Shown here one piece after another: positions 9,747 through 22,698 of a stretch of 64,000 nucleotides of DNA. The stretch's first letter is position 1, and the number at the start of each line of letters is the position of its first letter. The notes beneath the pieces are model-generated. The model searched no databases, was not told the origin of the DNA, and saw nothing but the letters and a program-made list of their open reading frames with translations. Position numbers and translations under genes: made by a program. Source of the DNA: Podarcis muralis (taxonomy: Eukaryota); the NCBI RefSeq assembly GCF_964188315.1, contig NC_135670.1:6634001-6698000 (forward strand), in the 5' to 3' direction.

Positions 9747-12700
9747 AATAAATAAATAAATAAATTTTATTTATATCCTGCCCTCCCCAGTCTTAGCCGG
9801 GCTCAGGGCGGCTAACAACAATCAAATAATCCAACATTCTAAATACATTTCATTATAAAAATTAATTAAAATCAAATTGATGGCAACCGTTAAGCAAAAT
9901 TCTGTGCAGATTGCCAGAGAAGGGAATCAGGCTGCGCCCTGACCAAAGGCCTGGTGGAACAGCTCTGTCTTGCAGGCCCTGCGGAAAGATGTCAAGTCCT
10001 GCAGGGCCCTAGTCTTCTGTGACAGAGCGTTCCACCAGATTGGAGCCACAGCCAAGAAAGCTCTGGCTCTAGTTGAGGCCAGCCTAACCTCTCTGAGGCC
10101 TGGGACCTTCGGGATGTTTTTATTTGCAGACCGTAAGTTCCTCTGTGGGACATACCAGGAGAGGCGGTCCCGTAGGTACGAGGGTCCTAGGCCGTGTAGG
10201 GCTTTAAAGGTTAAAACCAGCACCTTAAACCTGATCCTGTACTCCACCGGGAGCCAGTGCAGCTGGTATAGTACCGGATGAATGTGATCTCACAGCGAAG
10301 ACCCCATAAGGAGTCTCGCCGCGGCATTCTGCACCCGCTGGAGTTTCTGGGTCAGTCTCAAGGGCAGCCCCACGTAGAGCGAGTTACAATAATCCAGTCT
10401 GGAGGTGACTGTCACGTGGATCACAGTGGCTAGGTCAGGGTGAGAGAGATAAGGAGCCAACTGCTTAGCTTGGCGGAGATGAAAAAATGCTGCCTTTGTT
10501 ATAGCTGTAATCTGCGCCTCCATAGAGAGGGAGGTATCAAAGATTACACCCAAACTCTTAATGGACGGTGCTGGCACTAATTACACCCCCGCAAGAGATG
10601 GGAGTTGCCCCCTCAATCCCATATCGTCCCGTCCCAGCCAGGGGACCTCTGTCTTCAAGGGATTTAACTTCAACCGGCTCCCACGTAACCATCCAGCCAC
10701 AGCTTCCAGACATCTGGTCAGTGTGTCTGGGGCCGAGTCAGGATGGCCATCCATCAACAGATAGAGTTGGGTGTCATCAGCATACTGATGGCAACCCAGC
10801 CCAAAACTTCGGACAAGCTGGGCGAGGGGGCGCATAAAGATGTTTAAAAGCATCGGGGAGAGTATCGCACCCTGAGGCACTCCACACACCAAGGAGTGGC
10901 GCGATGACAATTCCCCCCAAGCGCCACCCTCTGTCCCCGACCAGAGAGAACCGAGCGCAGCCATTGAAGGACTGTGCCCTGGATCCCCAAGTCAGCAAGG
11001 CGGTGGTCCAGGAGTTCGTGATCGACCATGTCAAAGGCTGGTGACAGGTCTAGAAGAATCAGCAGCCCTGACCCGCCTCGATCCAGCTGCCTGTGGAGAT
11101 CATCTGTTAGGGCGACCAGAGCCGTCTCAGTCTGGAATGGATCCAGAGCCGATGTTTCATCCAGAAACCTGACAAGCTGTTCAGCAACCACTCTCAATTT
11201 GTCCCTTGGCACCGGGATATTCCCAGGGGAACTGAAGTAGGCAGTGGTGCGCCCGCTCTTAAAGAAAACATCATTAGATCCCTTAGATCTATTCAATTAC
11301 CGCCCAGTTTCAAATCTTCCATTCTTGGGTAAGATTCGAAACTGGGCAGTAATTGGATAGATCTAAGGGATCTAATGATGTTTTCTTTAAGAGCCGGTGC
11401 ACCACTGCCTACTTCAGTTCCCCTGGGAATATCCCGGTGCCAAGGGACAAATTGATGATATCCCCCAGGGGGGCCCGCACCTCGTCTGGACACGCTCTAA
11501 TCAGCCAAGACGGGCACTGGTCGAGAGTACAGGTGGTGCGCTTTCCAGCTTGGAGGAGTCTGTCCACATCGGCTGGGGATATCAGGTCAAAGTGGTCCAA
11601 TACTGGACCCGAAGACAGTCGAGGGGCCTCCAGTTCCTTTATTGTATCCAAATTGGCAGGGAGGACATAGCGGAGCAACAGGACCTTCTCCGCAAAAAAG
11701 CTCGCAAATGCCTCACAGCTGTGTGTCAAATTGTTATTTAAATTTGGCTGTCCTTCAAGGGACGTTAAAGACCTAATTATACTAAATAATTGCGCTGGGC
11801 GAGAGCTAGCGGATGCAATGGAGGCTGTGAAGTAAGACTTCTTAGAGGCCTTCACTGCCATCTCATAGGTTTTCATAAAAGCCCTATAAGATGTTCTTGA
11901 GGCTCTGTCACGGGCACCCTGCCATACTCGCTCTAGCCGTCTGAGGTCCCGCTTCATTTTCCGAAGCTTCTCGGTAAACCAGGAAGCCCGGTTTCTGTGG
12001 GGTCACAGAGGGCGCTTAGGTGTGATCTCATTGATGGCTGCCAGGAGCTGGATATTCCAGCCCTCAACAAGCTCAGTCAATGATTCGCCAGGGGGAGCAA
12101 GGTCCCGCAAGGCTTGACGGAATCTATCAGGGTCCATCAGCCTCTGCGGGCGAGCCCAAATCGGCTCGCCACCTAAGCAGGGTGGGGGTGGAAAGTCAAT
12201 CCTGGCTTTCAGAGCGTAGTGATCAGACCATGGCACCTTCATCGAAGGATACATGATCACATCTATACCGATGCCAAAGATCAAATCCAGCGTGTGGCCT
12301 GCTTGATGTGTGGGGCCAGAAACAAACTGGAAGAGCCCTAGTGTTGCCATGGAAGACACCAGGTCCAGAGCCTGTGAGGAGGGAGTGGCATCAGCATGGA
12401 TGTTGAAGTCCCCCAATACCAATAGGTTAGGGAACTCCAAGGCCCAGCCGGCCACCACCTCCAGCAGGCCTGACAGGGTGGCTGCTGGTGCGCTAGGTGG
12501 CCGGTACACCAGCCAGACAGCCAAGCTCACCTCAGAGCCCACACTAGGCCAACACATTCAATGCCGGGGATCGATGGCGATGGTAGAGCCCTGAAAGGAC
12601 AATCTTCCCAGATTAATAATGCCACCCCCCCCCCCAGCCCACAGTCCGTCACTGGTGGAGGACAGAGAAACCCGGGGGTGCCATCTCTCGTAAGGTAACA

Positions 12701-12760
12701 GTTTCCCCTTCGCGGACCCAGGTCTCCGTCACACAAGCCAGGTCGACCCCCTGCGAGGTA
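9747..12760 (-). mobile_element. L2-clade LINE, 5'-truncated, frameshifted, with internal fold-back duplication
   Basis: APE motifs (VYRPP, LGDFNIH), RT motifs (GVPQG, QYADDTQLY), (TTTA)n tail. Confidence 0.9.
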
Positions 12761-12779
12761 ATCACACTCCAAAGGGAAG

Positions 12780-13300
12780 ATATTACTTACACTAATTACC
12801 AATGAAGCCAATTTTTGCAGCCAATTGACCCTACCTATAGAGAAGATTTAAATTAGGAAATTTCAGGAGAAGAAAATGAATATGCTACGCGAAAGCTGGA
12901 AAAACGATAGAGCCCTGGGTCATCCATCTTTTTATATATATATAAATATTATATTATTTTGTGAGGAGGCAAAATCCCTGATACTTAGCTAGCATTCTGC
13001 ATCATAATCATTCCTAAGTCAGGGCATGGTTGGGAGGATGCAGATTCTTATTGACCCATAACCCTCTTAAATAGACCAAAAAAAAAAGTTCACATTTATT
13101 TTATTTCATGTTATTTATAGATCTACGATGTGAGGCATTTGATTGCCCTGAATAGGGTTGTTTTAAGATAGTTCTAGTTTATGGCCCTGGATTTAAATTT
13201 TTAAGACCGGTAAAAAAAAAAAAAACAACAACAAAAACTATAAACCAAGGATTTTGCATCAATGTGGACAAATTCAGCTAATATTCTATATTGAAATACT
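12780..13300 (+). mobile_element. Degenerate L1/Tx1 ORF2 fragment (right part)
   Basis: IIIPKSGHGWEDADSY*PITLLN matches RT domain 1 consensus IPKxG...SYRPITLLN. Confidence 0.55.
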
Positions 13301-13489
13301 GTGAAGGCTGAAACAGGGATATCTGTTGCCTCCCTTTCTCATTGGAGACACTCACTGAAGCAATATGGAATAATCCAAACGTTCATGGCTGGTGAGGAGA
13401 GGGTGGTGAATGGGGGTGGTGACTAGATTGTCAAAGTAGGACCTGGGAGACCAAGAGTTAAATCCCCACTTGGCCATGAAGCTCACACA

Positions 13490-13657
13490 CCTCTGCACAC
13501 ATTCCAGCTTCTCAATATCCTTCTTAAATTGTGGCATCCAGAACTGGACACAGTATTCCAAGTGTGGTCAGACCAAGGCTGCATAGAGTGGTACTATTAC
13601 TTCCCTTGATCTGGACACTAGACTTCTGTTGATGCAGCCTAGAATAGCAATAGCTTC

Positions 13658-13713
<56 letters not shown>

Positions 13714-13790
13714 GCTTCATCACACTGTTGACTCATGTTAAGCTTGTGGTCCACCAAGACTCCTAAATCCTTTTTACATGTACAGTGGTA
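13490..13790 (-). mobile_element. CR1 LINE 3' ORF2 fragment with expanded (GT)n
   Basis: [23 protein letters not shown] and VDHKLNMSQQCD are characteristic CR1 peptides. Confidence 0.85.
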
Positions 13791-14120
13791 CCTCTGGTTA
13801 CGAACTTAATTCTTAGCTCCAGTTTCAAGGCAAGTTTCCCCCCTGAATAAATAACTATTCATGGCACTCTGAAGGATGACGCTGCACTCGTGTTGAAAAA
13901 GAGGGAAATGTGAATTTTATCAAGATGACTATATCTTAATTTATTTCCACATATAAGTAAAGCATTCAGGGTGCTAGAATGGAGGGCTCCCCCCCCCACA
14001 CACCAGTTTTAATATGGGCAAAGGGTGCTTCAGATACCTGAAGTCCTGAACAGCTTGCTATGAAGAACTGAGGCTTAGTATTCAAAAACCAAGACACAAA
14101 CATTCTAAGAATGAAGAAGC

Positions 14121-14126
14121 TTTATT
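14121..14126 (-). terminator. Poly(A) signal of B1
   Basis: AATAAA on minus strand in ttttcaataaagc context. Confidence 0.8.
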
Positions 14127-14302
14127 GAAAAGTTCAAGGAAATGGTACATAGAGTTGTAACAAGAAGCAAGGAAGACACATAGTGTGGAAGGATCTTATT
14201 CTTCTCTACTTTAAAATAAAAGGGGGGTGATTTTTCAGCCATGATCATTTAGATTCAGCACTTGGATATCAGTCCAGGATATGCTTCTCAGATTTAATTG
14301 GC

Positions 14303-14806
14303 CTATGAACAGATGCTAAAACGGCGCCCGAACCTCTTTCCAAGGAGTGCTCCCCTCCCGTAACCCAAACCATAGCCGAAGCCCCCAGAGCTTCCAAGGA
14401 GACCAGACCCATAGCCCAAGCCCCCATAGCCTCCTACGATCCCGGAACCACCAACGGCACATGGAGTGTTGCCTCCAACAGCCACAGGCTCACAGCTGGC
14501 AGAGAGGATGGGCCCTGGGATGGTCAGAACGGAGGCAGGTGGCTGGATCACAACTTCTGCTGGTGGGATCTGGTTGATGCAGGATGGGGCAACTCCTGCC
14601 AGGACTCCAAGGTTGGCTGCTCTTTCAGCACCTCCATATCCATAGCCGAGACCACCAAATCCGTAGCCGAATCCTCCATTTCCATAGCCGAGACCTCCCA
14701 ATCCATGGCCGAGACCACCATAGCCAAGACCTCCTGCTGATCCAAACCCAACAGTGGGGGTGGAAGCACAGGATGGGACAGCACAGGATGGACCACAGTC
14801 AACCAT
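14303..14806 (-). CDS. Gly/Tyr-rich corneous beta-protein B1, 167 aa
   Basis: CBP core INQIPPAEVVIQPPASVLTIPGPILSASCEPV; acceptor at 14825-14826. Confidence 0.95.
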   Translation of the reverse strand: MVDCGPSCAVPSCASTPTVGFGSAGGLGYGGLGHGLGGLGYGNGGFGYGFGGLGYGYGGAERAANLGVLAGVAPSCINQIPPAEVVIQPPASVLTIPGPILSASCEPVAVGGNTPCAVGGSGIVGGYGGLGYGSGLLGSSGGFGYGLGYGRGALLGKRFGRRFSICS

Positions 14807-15286
14807 TGTTGGATGGAGGTGAGTCTGAAAGCAAAAACACCAAGGGAGAAAATAAGTGTGGGGTACATCACTTCAATGGGGGTGAACCACAGTCAACTCT
14901 GGCTGAAGAATCTAAAGTATACAACTGAAGAACTGAGTTGAATATGGAGCATGAAAACCAAAGAGGACCAAATAATTATAAAAGCTGAGATATAAGGTAC
15001 ATCAGGGGGAGTCAGTGTGTAGTTTTTTCTGATGTTGCAGACTTCAACTCCCATCAGACCCAAGCAGCATGAACAATAGAGAAGTGTGATGAGACTATAG
15101 GAACCTCACTATAACTACTGAGTGAGAACTACACCCCTGTGGTAGATGCTGTAGAAAAATAAGAAAATACTCATAGATATTGGAAGGATGATTCAGTGAT
15201 GGTGCTCTGGATATTAAATAGCATGCTATGTCTACAATACTATCAAAAACATTTTTTTAACAGACTGGAGCACAATAAACCATTTT

Positions 15287-15430
15287 NNNNNNNNNNNNNN
15301 NNNNNNNNNNNNNNNNNNNNNNNNNNNNNNNNNNNNNNNNNNNNNNNNNNNNNNNNNNNNNNNNNNNNNNNNNNNNNNNNNNNNNNNNNNNNNNNNNNNN
15401 NNNNNNNNNNNNNNNNNNNNNNNNNNNNNN
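15287..15430. other. Assembly gap in B1 intron
   Basis: Run of n. Confidence 1.
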
Positions 15431-16043
15431 CCTGGGATTAAGCATCTGTGAACACAACAGGGCTTACTTATCAGTAAAATGCAGATATTTTGTGCCACAA
15501 AATAGAGAAGTGTGCCTGTGTGCATGCGAGCACCTGTCTGTTTATCCCTGACTGTGTTTAAATTACATTCAGGGAGACAATGGAAAGCTGGTGGTGCCTT
15601 CCAAACATCACAATTCTCCCTAACGAATTTAGAGTTCATTAATATGAATTTCCCACCTTAGCCTTCCTAAATGTAAGATGGCAGAGCCAGCTTCTAACTC
15701 TCATCCGCCTCAGCCCACATGTCAAATGGTCGAGGATGATGGGAGTTATGGCTCAACAACATGTGCAAGTTCACTTTTTCTCCTTTTTTCCCCTAGACAA
15801 GTGTCCCAACAGCCAGGGATCACATATTAAATATACTTACAGAGGGTAACGTAGGGTTGGGGAACCTGTGGCCCTCCAGTTGTTCAGTAACCCAAGTCAC
15901 CTTAGGCATCATTCCTAATGGTCAGGGATGATGTGAGCAACATCTCAAGGACCACAGGATAGCCATCCCTGTCCTAACTGGAAAGTCCATCTAGCCTATC
16001 CTTTGACATCTCTGGGAATATTCCACCTAGAAAATAGACTTAC

Positions 16044-16125
16044 CTGCTTCTTTGAGAAGATGAAGTAAAGATGGAAGAGTCAGATGGAGTTGTTGGAGGA
16101 ACTGAAGGAAGTCTGAGCTTTTATA
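16044..16125 (-). promoter_or_regulatory. TATA box and non-coding exon 1 of B1
   Basis: tataaaa (16119-16125, minus), exon ending aagaagcag|gtaagt (GT 16042-16043); paralogous block at 34698-34779. Confidence 0.75.
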
Positions 16126-16980
16126 CAGTTCAGCCAGCCTCCCCAGTGCCTCTTTCCAGCTAATCATTGTTGGCAATTGTTCTTTCATGTGCAATTTTTT
16201 TTAAAAAAATCAGTTTACGAAGCTCAAAGAGGGAGGCCACAAAATTAAACTGTGGTAACAGTGCAGCATAATCATGACACCTATTCCTTTGTGCCTCCCT
16301 TCCTTTTAATTTTGCTGATCTCGAGTCAAATAGCTCCAGTTTGTCTGATGTTTCAAAGCAGAAACACCCAGAGGGAGGAGATGGAGATCATCAAAGCTCT
16401 TTCATCAGCACCGGGGTCTGTAGGACATCATCAAAGCTTTTTGCATATGCATACAGGATTCTGAGACATCTCCAGTAACAGTGGAAAACAGTGTCTTTGA
16501 ATGCCACAGGTACAGCAGAAGAGTCCTGCTGAACAAGGCCAAAAAGCCCATCAAATACGACATCCCTTTCTCTCTCTTGCCCACCAGATCCCTTACCAAA
16601 ATGCTAGCAAGCCAGACCTGAGTCCAGCAATACCAACACCAGTTGGAGGGAAAGAGTTGGAAAGAGCTATGTCCCCCATGCTTTCCTTCAGGGATAACCA
16701 AGAAGCATCTCGTTGTCCACTGTAGGAAACAAGATGCTAGAGGATATAGCTCTTTGGTTTGAGCCAACTGCAATGCTCTTTCTTTATATTCTTATCTTCT
16801 CCACTTGCACTCATCCTGGCATGTCAGAGATGTTTCCTTCAGCCTAGCAAAGTTTAGGATTAATCTGAAGTGGTGTACTTCAGAGCAGGAGCAGTCCTTA
16901 TTTGAAAATAAGAGAAGCAGTAGTGTATGTTTGTATGTGTTTAAGAGATGTAGATACCCCTCCCCCACACACATAAACAC

Positions 16981-16981
<1 letters not shown>

Positions 16982-17033
<52 letters not shown>

Positions 17034-17366
17034 TTGTATCCCGCCCTCCCCGGCCAAAGCCGGGCTCAGAGCGGCTAACAACAGGTAAAAATAGCACAGT
17101 GTACATAAAATTGCACAGTCAATTAATTAAAATACATTCTAGAATCAATTAAGAATCAAATTAATGGCAACCACCGGGTTAGAGTTCTATGAAGATTACA
17201 GAAGGAGAGAGGGGGTCAGACTGTGCCTTGGCCAAAGACCTGGTGGAACAGCTCCATCTTGCAAGCCCTGTGGAACAATGTCAAGTCCCGCAGGACCCTA
17301 GTCTCTTGTGACAGAGCGTTCCACCAGATCGGGGCCACGGCCGAGAAAGCCCTGGTGAAAAACCCA
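16982..17366 (-). mobile_element. L2 3' end with (TTA)n tail
   Basis: RAFSAVAPIWWNAL peptide; same family as 9747-12760. Confidence 0.85.
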
Positions 17367-18593
17367 AGGCAGTGCTTGACAGCTCTCTTTGGCTTCCACA
17401 ACCCATCCCTACTAAGGGAACTGCAGGATGGGAGGAAAGGGTACTTCAGCGCCAATAGCCTCTTCCTCTGGGAATCAGTTGCATTGCAGATCCCAGATGC
17501 TGTTACAAAATTTGCTTCTTGGAACCAAGTCCAAGCCAGAAATATAAAATGAGTAAAGATTTGAAATCAAAAGAAAATGGCGACACTTTTCTTTTTAAAA
17601 ATGGCTTTTAAAAGGAATTAAAACTTTCATATTGGGAAGCCATGAAATGTATTCAAAGGCTGCAACTGAAAACAAAATCATTTAAAGGCAGAAAATCACA
17701 CACAAGCATAGCTGGATGGTGGTGACAGGTTGGTGGGTCATTCTCAGGTTACATCCATCAAAATCAATTGTGATGACTGACTTGCTGATTGCTTTCAACA
17801 AGTCTACTATCAGCATGACTTTAGTTGGAAATAACTAGCATTTCTGCAAAAATCTAACAAGGGAGGTAGATGGATAGCTACAATCTTTACTGAAAGCACC
17901 ATCTCATCTATGTGTCCATTTGCTCTTGCATATCGATGGGTCAGACGAGGACAGGGTGATTTCAAAGTTGAATATGGAAACAGGTGACTATTGAGGGCTT
18001 TTGTTAATCTTGCCTTGTGTTAGCTGCTTTGACATAACAACTTACAGGCAGTTTAGAAATTCACAAAATCACAGGCGTCTAGTAATGTAAGTGAATTTGA
18101 TATGTGATCTGGGACAGGTGTCTGGTGTGGAATCTGTTGCCCTCCAGATGTTTCTGGATCAAAAGTCTCATCATCCTTGCCTTCAATACCTTCATTACCT
18201 CGTTTTCAGGAGAGGGGACTTCAAGTTATTGTGAACATTTGCAAACTCTTGCCAATCAGCTGGGAAGCCCACAAGACGGTCATGATTTCACTAGCACTTG
18301 CCCCCAACTTTGATTCCCAGCTACTGGTAAACAGAGGCATGTTGTATCTGGCCGTGGAGGCAGAAAACAATGGCAATATTTTGTGCATGGGATGTTCAGC
18401 TGAAATCCTAAGTATGGAAGTCAAATAACCTATTGAGCCTATTTCCAGCTACTTCACATCTTTTAAGAGAATGAATGGGGCAGGGTATCTGTTGATCTAT
18501 CTATCAGTATGAAACATGCAGAAGCCTCTTGTTGTTGCTGCTGTTCTCCATTCCTTCCTCTTACAGTGGAGGCAGAAAACAAGAGTTTTGTTC

Positions 18594-19890
18594 ACAATAA
18601 AGATTTTAACCTCTGGGAAAAACTCTGGAAAAGTGATCTGAAGTTCACAGCATGTTATTCTTTGAAGGAGAACAACTTGAAAATGATTTACTCTGAGTAG
18701 GCAAAGATGCATAAGACTGAATCAGATAAGTGCTGGAGATGCAAAGAGGTTGAGGGAACGTTCTTTCATATGTGGCGGACTTGTAAAAGGGTAAAAGAGT
18801 ATTGGGAAATGATCCATAATGAATTGAAAAACATATTTAAAAGTACTCCCCCCCCCCAAACCAGAGTCCTTTCTGTTGGGGATAATTCAGACTGAAATTC
18901 CCAGGTGTCAAAACACGTTATTTATATGCCACTACTGTGGCCCGTGTTTTGTTAGCCCAAAAATGGCAAACTAACAAGGTCCTAACCAAAGAAGAATGGC
19001 AACTTAAGTTGGCAGAATATGTGCAGCTTGCAGACTTAACATATGGAATAAGAGAACAAGAAGAGCATATGTTTAGAGAAGATTGGAAAATGTTTATTGA
19101 ATATATGGGAAATAACAGTGGACAGGTGAAAATGCTGGCAGCATTAAGATAAATTCAACAGTGTAAATAAGTTATGATGGATGTAATAATGGAATACTGA
19201 ATGGTATAGTTTCTATAAAATATGCAGGGATTTATGATATGTAAAATGAATCATAGAATGGAAGAGAAGAGAAGAATGGAAGTCATTGATATCTTAAGGA
19301 TGTAAAAATTGAGTACAGTGGTGCCCTGCAAGACGAATGCCTCGCAAGACGAAAAACTCGCTAGACAAAAAAGGGTTTTCCATTTTTCTAGCTGCTTTGC
19401 AAGACGAATTTCCCTATGGGCTTGCTTCGCAAGACGAAAAAAATTCTGGGTTTCTGGAAGTGCTGAAAAGGTGGATGAAGCAGCAGACCATGGACAGGTT
19501 CTTCAGCAAGAAGCAAAGAGTGGAAGAGGAACCTTCTTCGAGTTGTCCCCCAGGGTCTTAGAAAATGTACTGTACACTTTGTTGATTTTTTAAATGTTTT
19601 TCTGTCATGTTTAGAAACTTAATTTATTGTTCCTTCAATTTTTGAAATGCTCTTTGCAGTATGTGTGACTTTAAAGAGCACTTAATAAACTCTTGTTGTA
19701 CCAAATTTGGCTTTGTTTGGACTTTTTTTGACCATAGGAACACATTAATTGATTTTCTATGCATTCCTATGGGAAACCGTGATTCGCAAGACGAAAAATT
19801 CGCTAGACGAAAAAACTCGCAGAACGAATTAATTTCATCTTGCGAGGCACCACTGTACTTTAAATTGTAAAGCAGAAAATTTAATAAATG
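18594..19890 (+). mobile_element. L1-clade LINE 3' end (ORF2 C-terminus plus 3' UTR), interrupted by a Tigger element
   Basis: LWEKLWKSDLKFT...KCWRCKEVEGTFFHMW Cys-rich C-terminus; aataaa near 19883. Confidence 0.8.
19316..19855 (+). mobile_element. Tigger internal-deletion derivative retaining the transposase C-terminus
   Basis: TIRs as in 1188-1542; internal KRWMKQQTMDRFFSKKQR resembles the Tigger-type KQxTxDRFF tail. Confidence 0.75.
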
Positions 19891-19895
19891 TTAGG

Positions 19896-20190
19896 TTACG
19901 GAAAAGGGACCCCTGACCATTACGTTCAGTCGCGGACGACTCTGGGGTTGCGTGCGCATCTCACTCTAGAGGCCGAGGCAGCCAGCGTTCGTCTGCAGAC
20001 AGCTTCCGGGTCATGTGGCCAGCATGACTAAGCCACTTCTGGCGAACCATAGCAGCGCATGGAAATGCCGTTTACCTTCCCGCCGGAGTGGTACCTATTT
20101 ATCTACTTGCACTTTGACATGCTTTCGAACTGCTAGGTGGGCACAAGCAGAGACCGAGCAATGGGAGCTCACCCCGTCGCAGGGATTCTG
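19896..20190 (-). mobile_element. Sauria SINE, head truncated
   Basis: gggacccctgaccatt tail and SINE body. Confidence 0.8.
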
Positions 20191-20623
20191 GTCAGCAAGC
20201 TAAGCTCTAGGCAAAGAAAACAAGAGTTTTGTTCTGTGCATGGAATGATCAACTGAAATCCTGTCTGACAGTAACACAAGCTGCTGAGAAGAGATAGCCA
20301 GCTACTTCAGCTACTTTAGAGAGATTGAATAGGGACAGGGTATCTGCTGATCTGTCTGAAAGCAAGGAACATGCAAGCAATTTTATGTTTCATTAAATTT
20401 GTTTAGCAGAAGAATGAAAATGCAAAGATCAAAAGTGTCAGAAAGGGCAAGGCGCATTGTGGGGAGCTGAGGAAATGCTAACGATTTTGCATCATTTTTC
20501 TTTCTTATTAAAGTAATTAGGGGGCATGAGACGTTTCAGAAACAGTTTGCTAATTAAAGCCTCGGGGTGAAGGGGGTGTATCCCAGCTAGCTGTGGGGCC
20601 ATCAGGGGACACAGCCAAAATAG

Positions 20624-20710
20624 TATAAAAGGGCTCCTTGGGCTGAGAAAGCCCAACAGCTTCACTTGACTTGATCTCCTTCTCTCCATTTCTACTCCTT
20701 GGAAACTTTG
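20624..20710 (+). promoter_or_regulatory. TATA box and non-coding exon 1 of A2
   Basis: tataaaa 20624-20630, donor GT 20711-20712, acceptor 22776-22777. Confidence 0.75.
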
Positions 20711-22445
20711 GTAAGTCAAGTCTACCTATATATGTTAGAATGTTATCTTTAAATGATTCTTGAACTTTCAAGTGGTTCAGATTTTTGAACTCCAAGAGAA
20801 CACCAAAATTCTATTAATCTTTGAGATGTGTAGATCTTGCACCAAGAAATTAAATTACTTAATGTCATCGGCTGGTTTCTTTGTGTTTCTATCTGTGTAT
20901 ACACAGTCTTCTGAAAACTGGAAGCTGCCTTCTCCCAGGTTGTAGTGTTAGCCTGTTGAGCTCAGTATTACCTACAATGACCACCAGTAAAAATCCAGGA
21001 TTTCTGATCAGATTCTGTCCCTGCCCAGCTGCACCCAGCCCATGACATTCTGCATGCAGAGCAGATGTTCTCCCAGTTAACTACAGCCTCTCCCCCTGCC
21101 CGCCACCCATCTTATAGTATTTGAAACATGCCTTCTGAAGTAGGTTTCTCTGTTTTCTTGGGAAGCTGGGATTCTGGGTCCCATTCTACCACACATTGTG
21201 CAAATCCAGCATTTATCATTACTGTGAGCAAAACTGTGGGATAACTAGCTGCATATGCTTAAGTCTTTTTAATTCATGAAGGGGTTAAGACCATAGAGTA
21301 AGCTGTCTTGCCAGGGTTAGCTCACCTTGAGAGGGGTTAGATAATCAAGGTTTTGTTCTCTCCCGGTCTAAGTGAGAAGTTCAGCAAGTGAAGACGCTAA
21401 GCTGGTTGATCCAGCTTTGCCGCATGACTCACACAAGCCAATCTTGAGTTCCCATAAAAAATAATTAGGAACTTTCATCATGCTGCAATTAAGCCCAGTA
21501 CTGCCTGTGCAACTTGCCTGACTGATGTGTGGAAAAGCACATGAAACTGACCTTTGAAGGGTTTGTAAGTAAACCAATTTTAACATTGCCAGCCGTGTGC
21601 TCTTTTCCTATGATCAGGAAGGAGGGAAGTTTTGGAACTTGCAAGGGCATGTTTTAAAGGTATAACAGTTTTTATGTCCATGCTTTATTTCCAGGAATTC
21701 TCTTTTATACCTTTTTTTTTTTTCATTGAACCAAAAAATTATAGCACTCATCACTCTCTATGGTTGGATACATGTGCCAGTGCTCAATGGAATCCTTTTC
21801 ATATTTCACCAATCGTTGTAACCTTCACGGGGACTGACACCAGAGGGCACCACAGACTAGTATTAATGTGTTTTTTGTGGAACAAAATTTCATGGAAGAT
21901 CTGTGCTTAAAAAGCAGGGTGTTGGTCCATCTAACTCAGTATTGTGTACAGTATAGCTTGTGGTGTTTTTTTTTATGAAAACAAGTATTTAGCTGCCTTG
22001 TACTGACTCAGAATCTTGGTCCATATAGCTTGGTATTGTCTACAATGACCAGCTGTGACTCTCCAGACCAGGTTTCAAAGAGGGAGCATTTCCCAGCTCA
22101 ACCTGGAGATTCCTGCGACTGAACTTGAGACTTTCTGCATGCAAAACATATGTCCTTCCCCCAGAAAGTGATGGTCCTTCCCCTACAAAGAAAGAGCTCA
22201 GACCTCATGGCTCTAACCTTCCTGGAATTACCAGGGACTGGATTTAGGACCCACAAGGAAGAGAAGAGCTGTAGTGATGATGTAGAGGACAATACAGAAT
22301 CCATGAATTAGGGCATAATGTTTGACGAATAATGGAAGACAGGTGATTTTCATTCAGTTAAGGTGGTATGAGTTGGGTGAAATGGAAATAAGGGAAATAT
22401 CCTAATACATCAGGCAGAACCCCTGCACTACCCATTGAAGTGATG

Positions 22446-22698
22446 TTGTTGTTGTTGTTGTTGTTTAGTCGTTTAGTCGTGTCCAACTCTTCGTGACCCC
22501 ATGGACCAGAGCACGCCAGGCACCTCTGTCCTCCACTACCTCCCGCAGTTTGGTCAAACTCATGCTGGTAACCTCGAAAACACTATCCAACCATCTTGTC
22601 CTCTGTCGCCCCCTTCTCCTTGTGCCCTCCATCTTTCCCAGCATCAGTGTCTTCTCCAGGGAGTCTTCTCTTCTCATGAGGTGGCCAAAGTCTTAGAG
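22446..22698 (-). mobile_element. Bov-B (RTE) LINE 3' end in A2 intron with 38-39-bp flanking duplication
   Basis: MRREDSLEKTLMLGKMEG...RLND peptide, (CAA)n tail, direct repeat 22408-22446 / 22699-22737. Confidence 0.9.
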
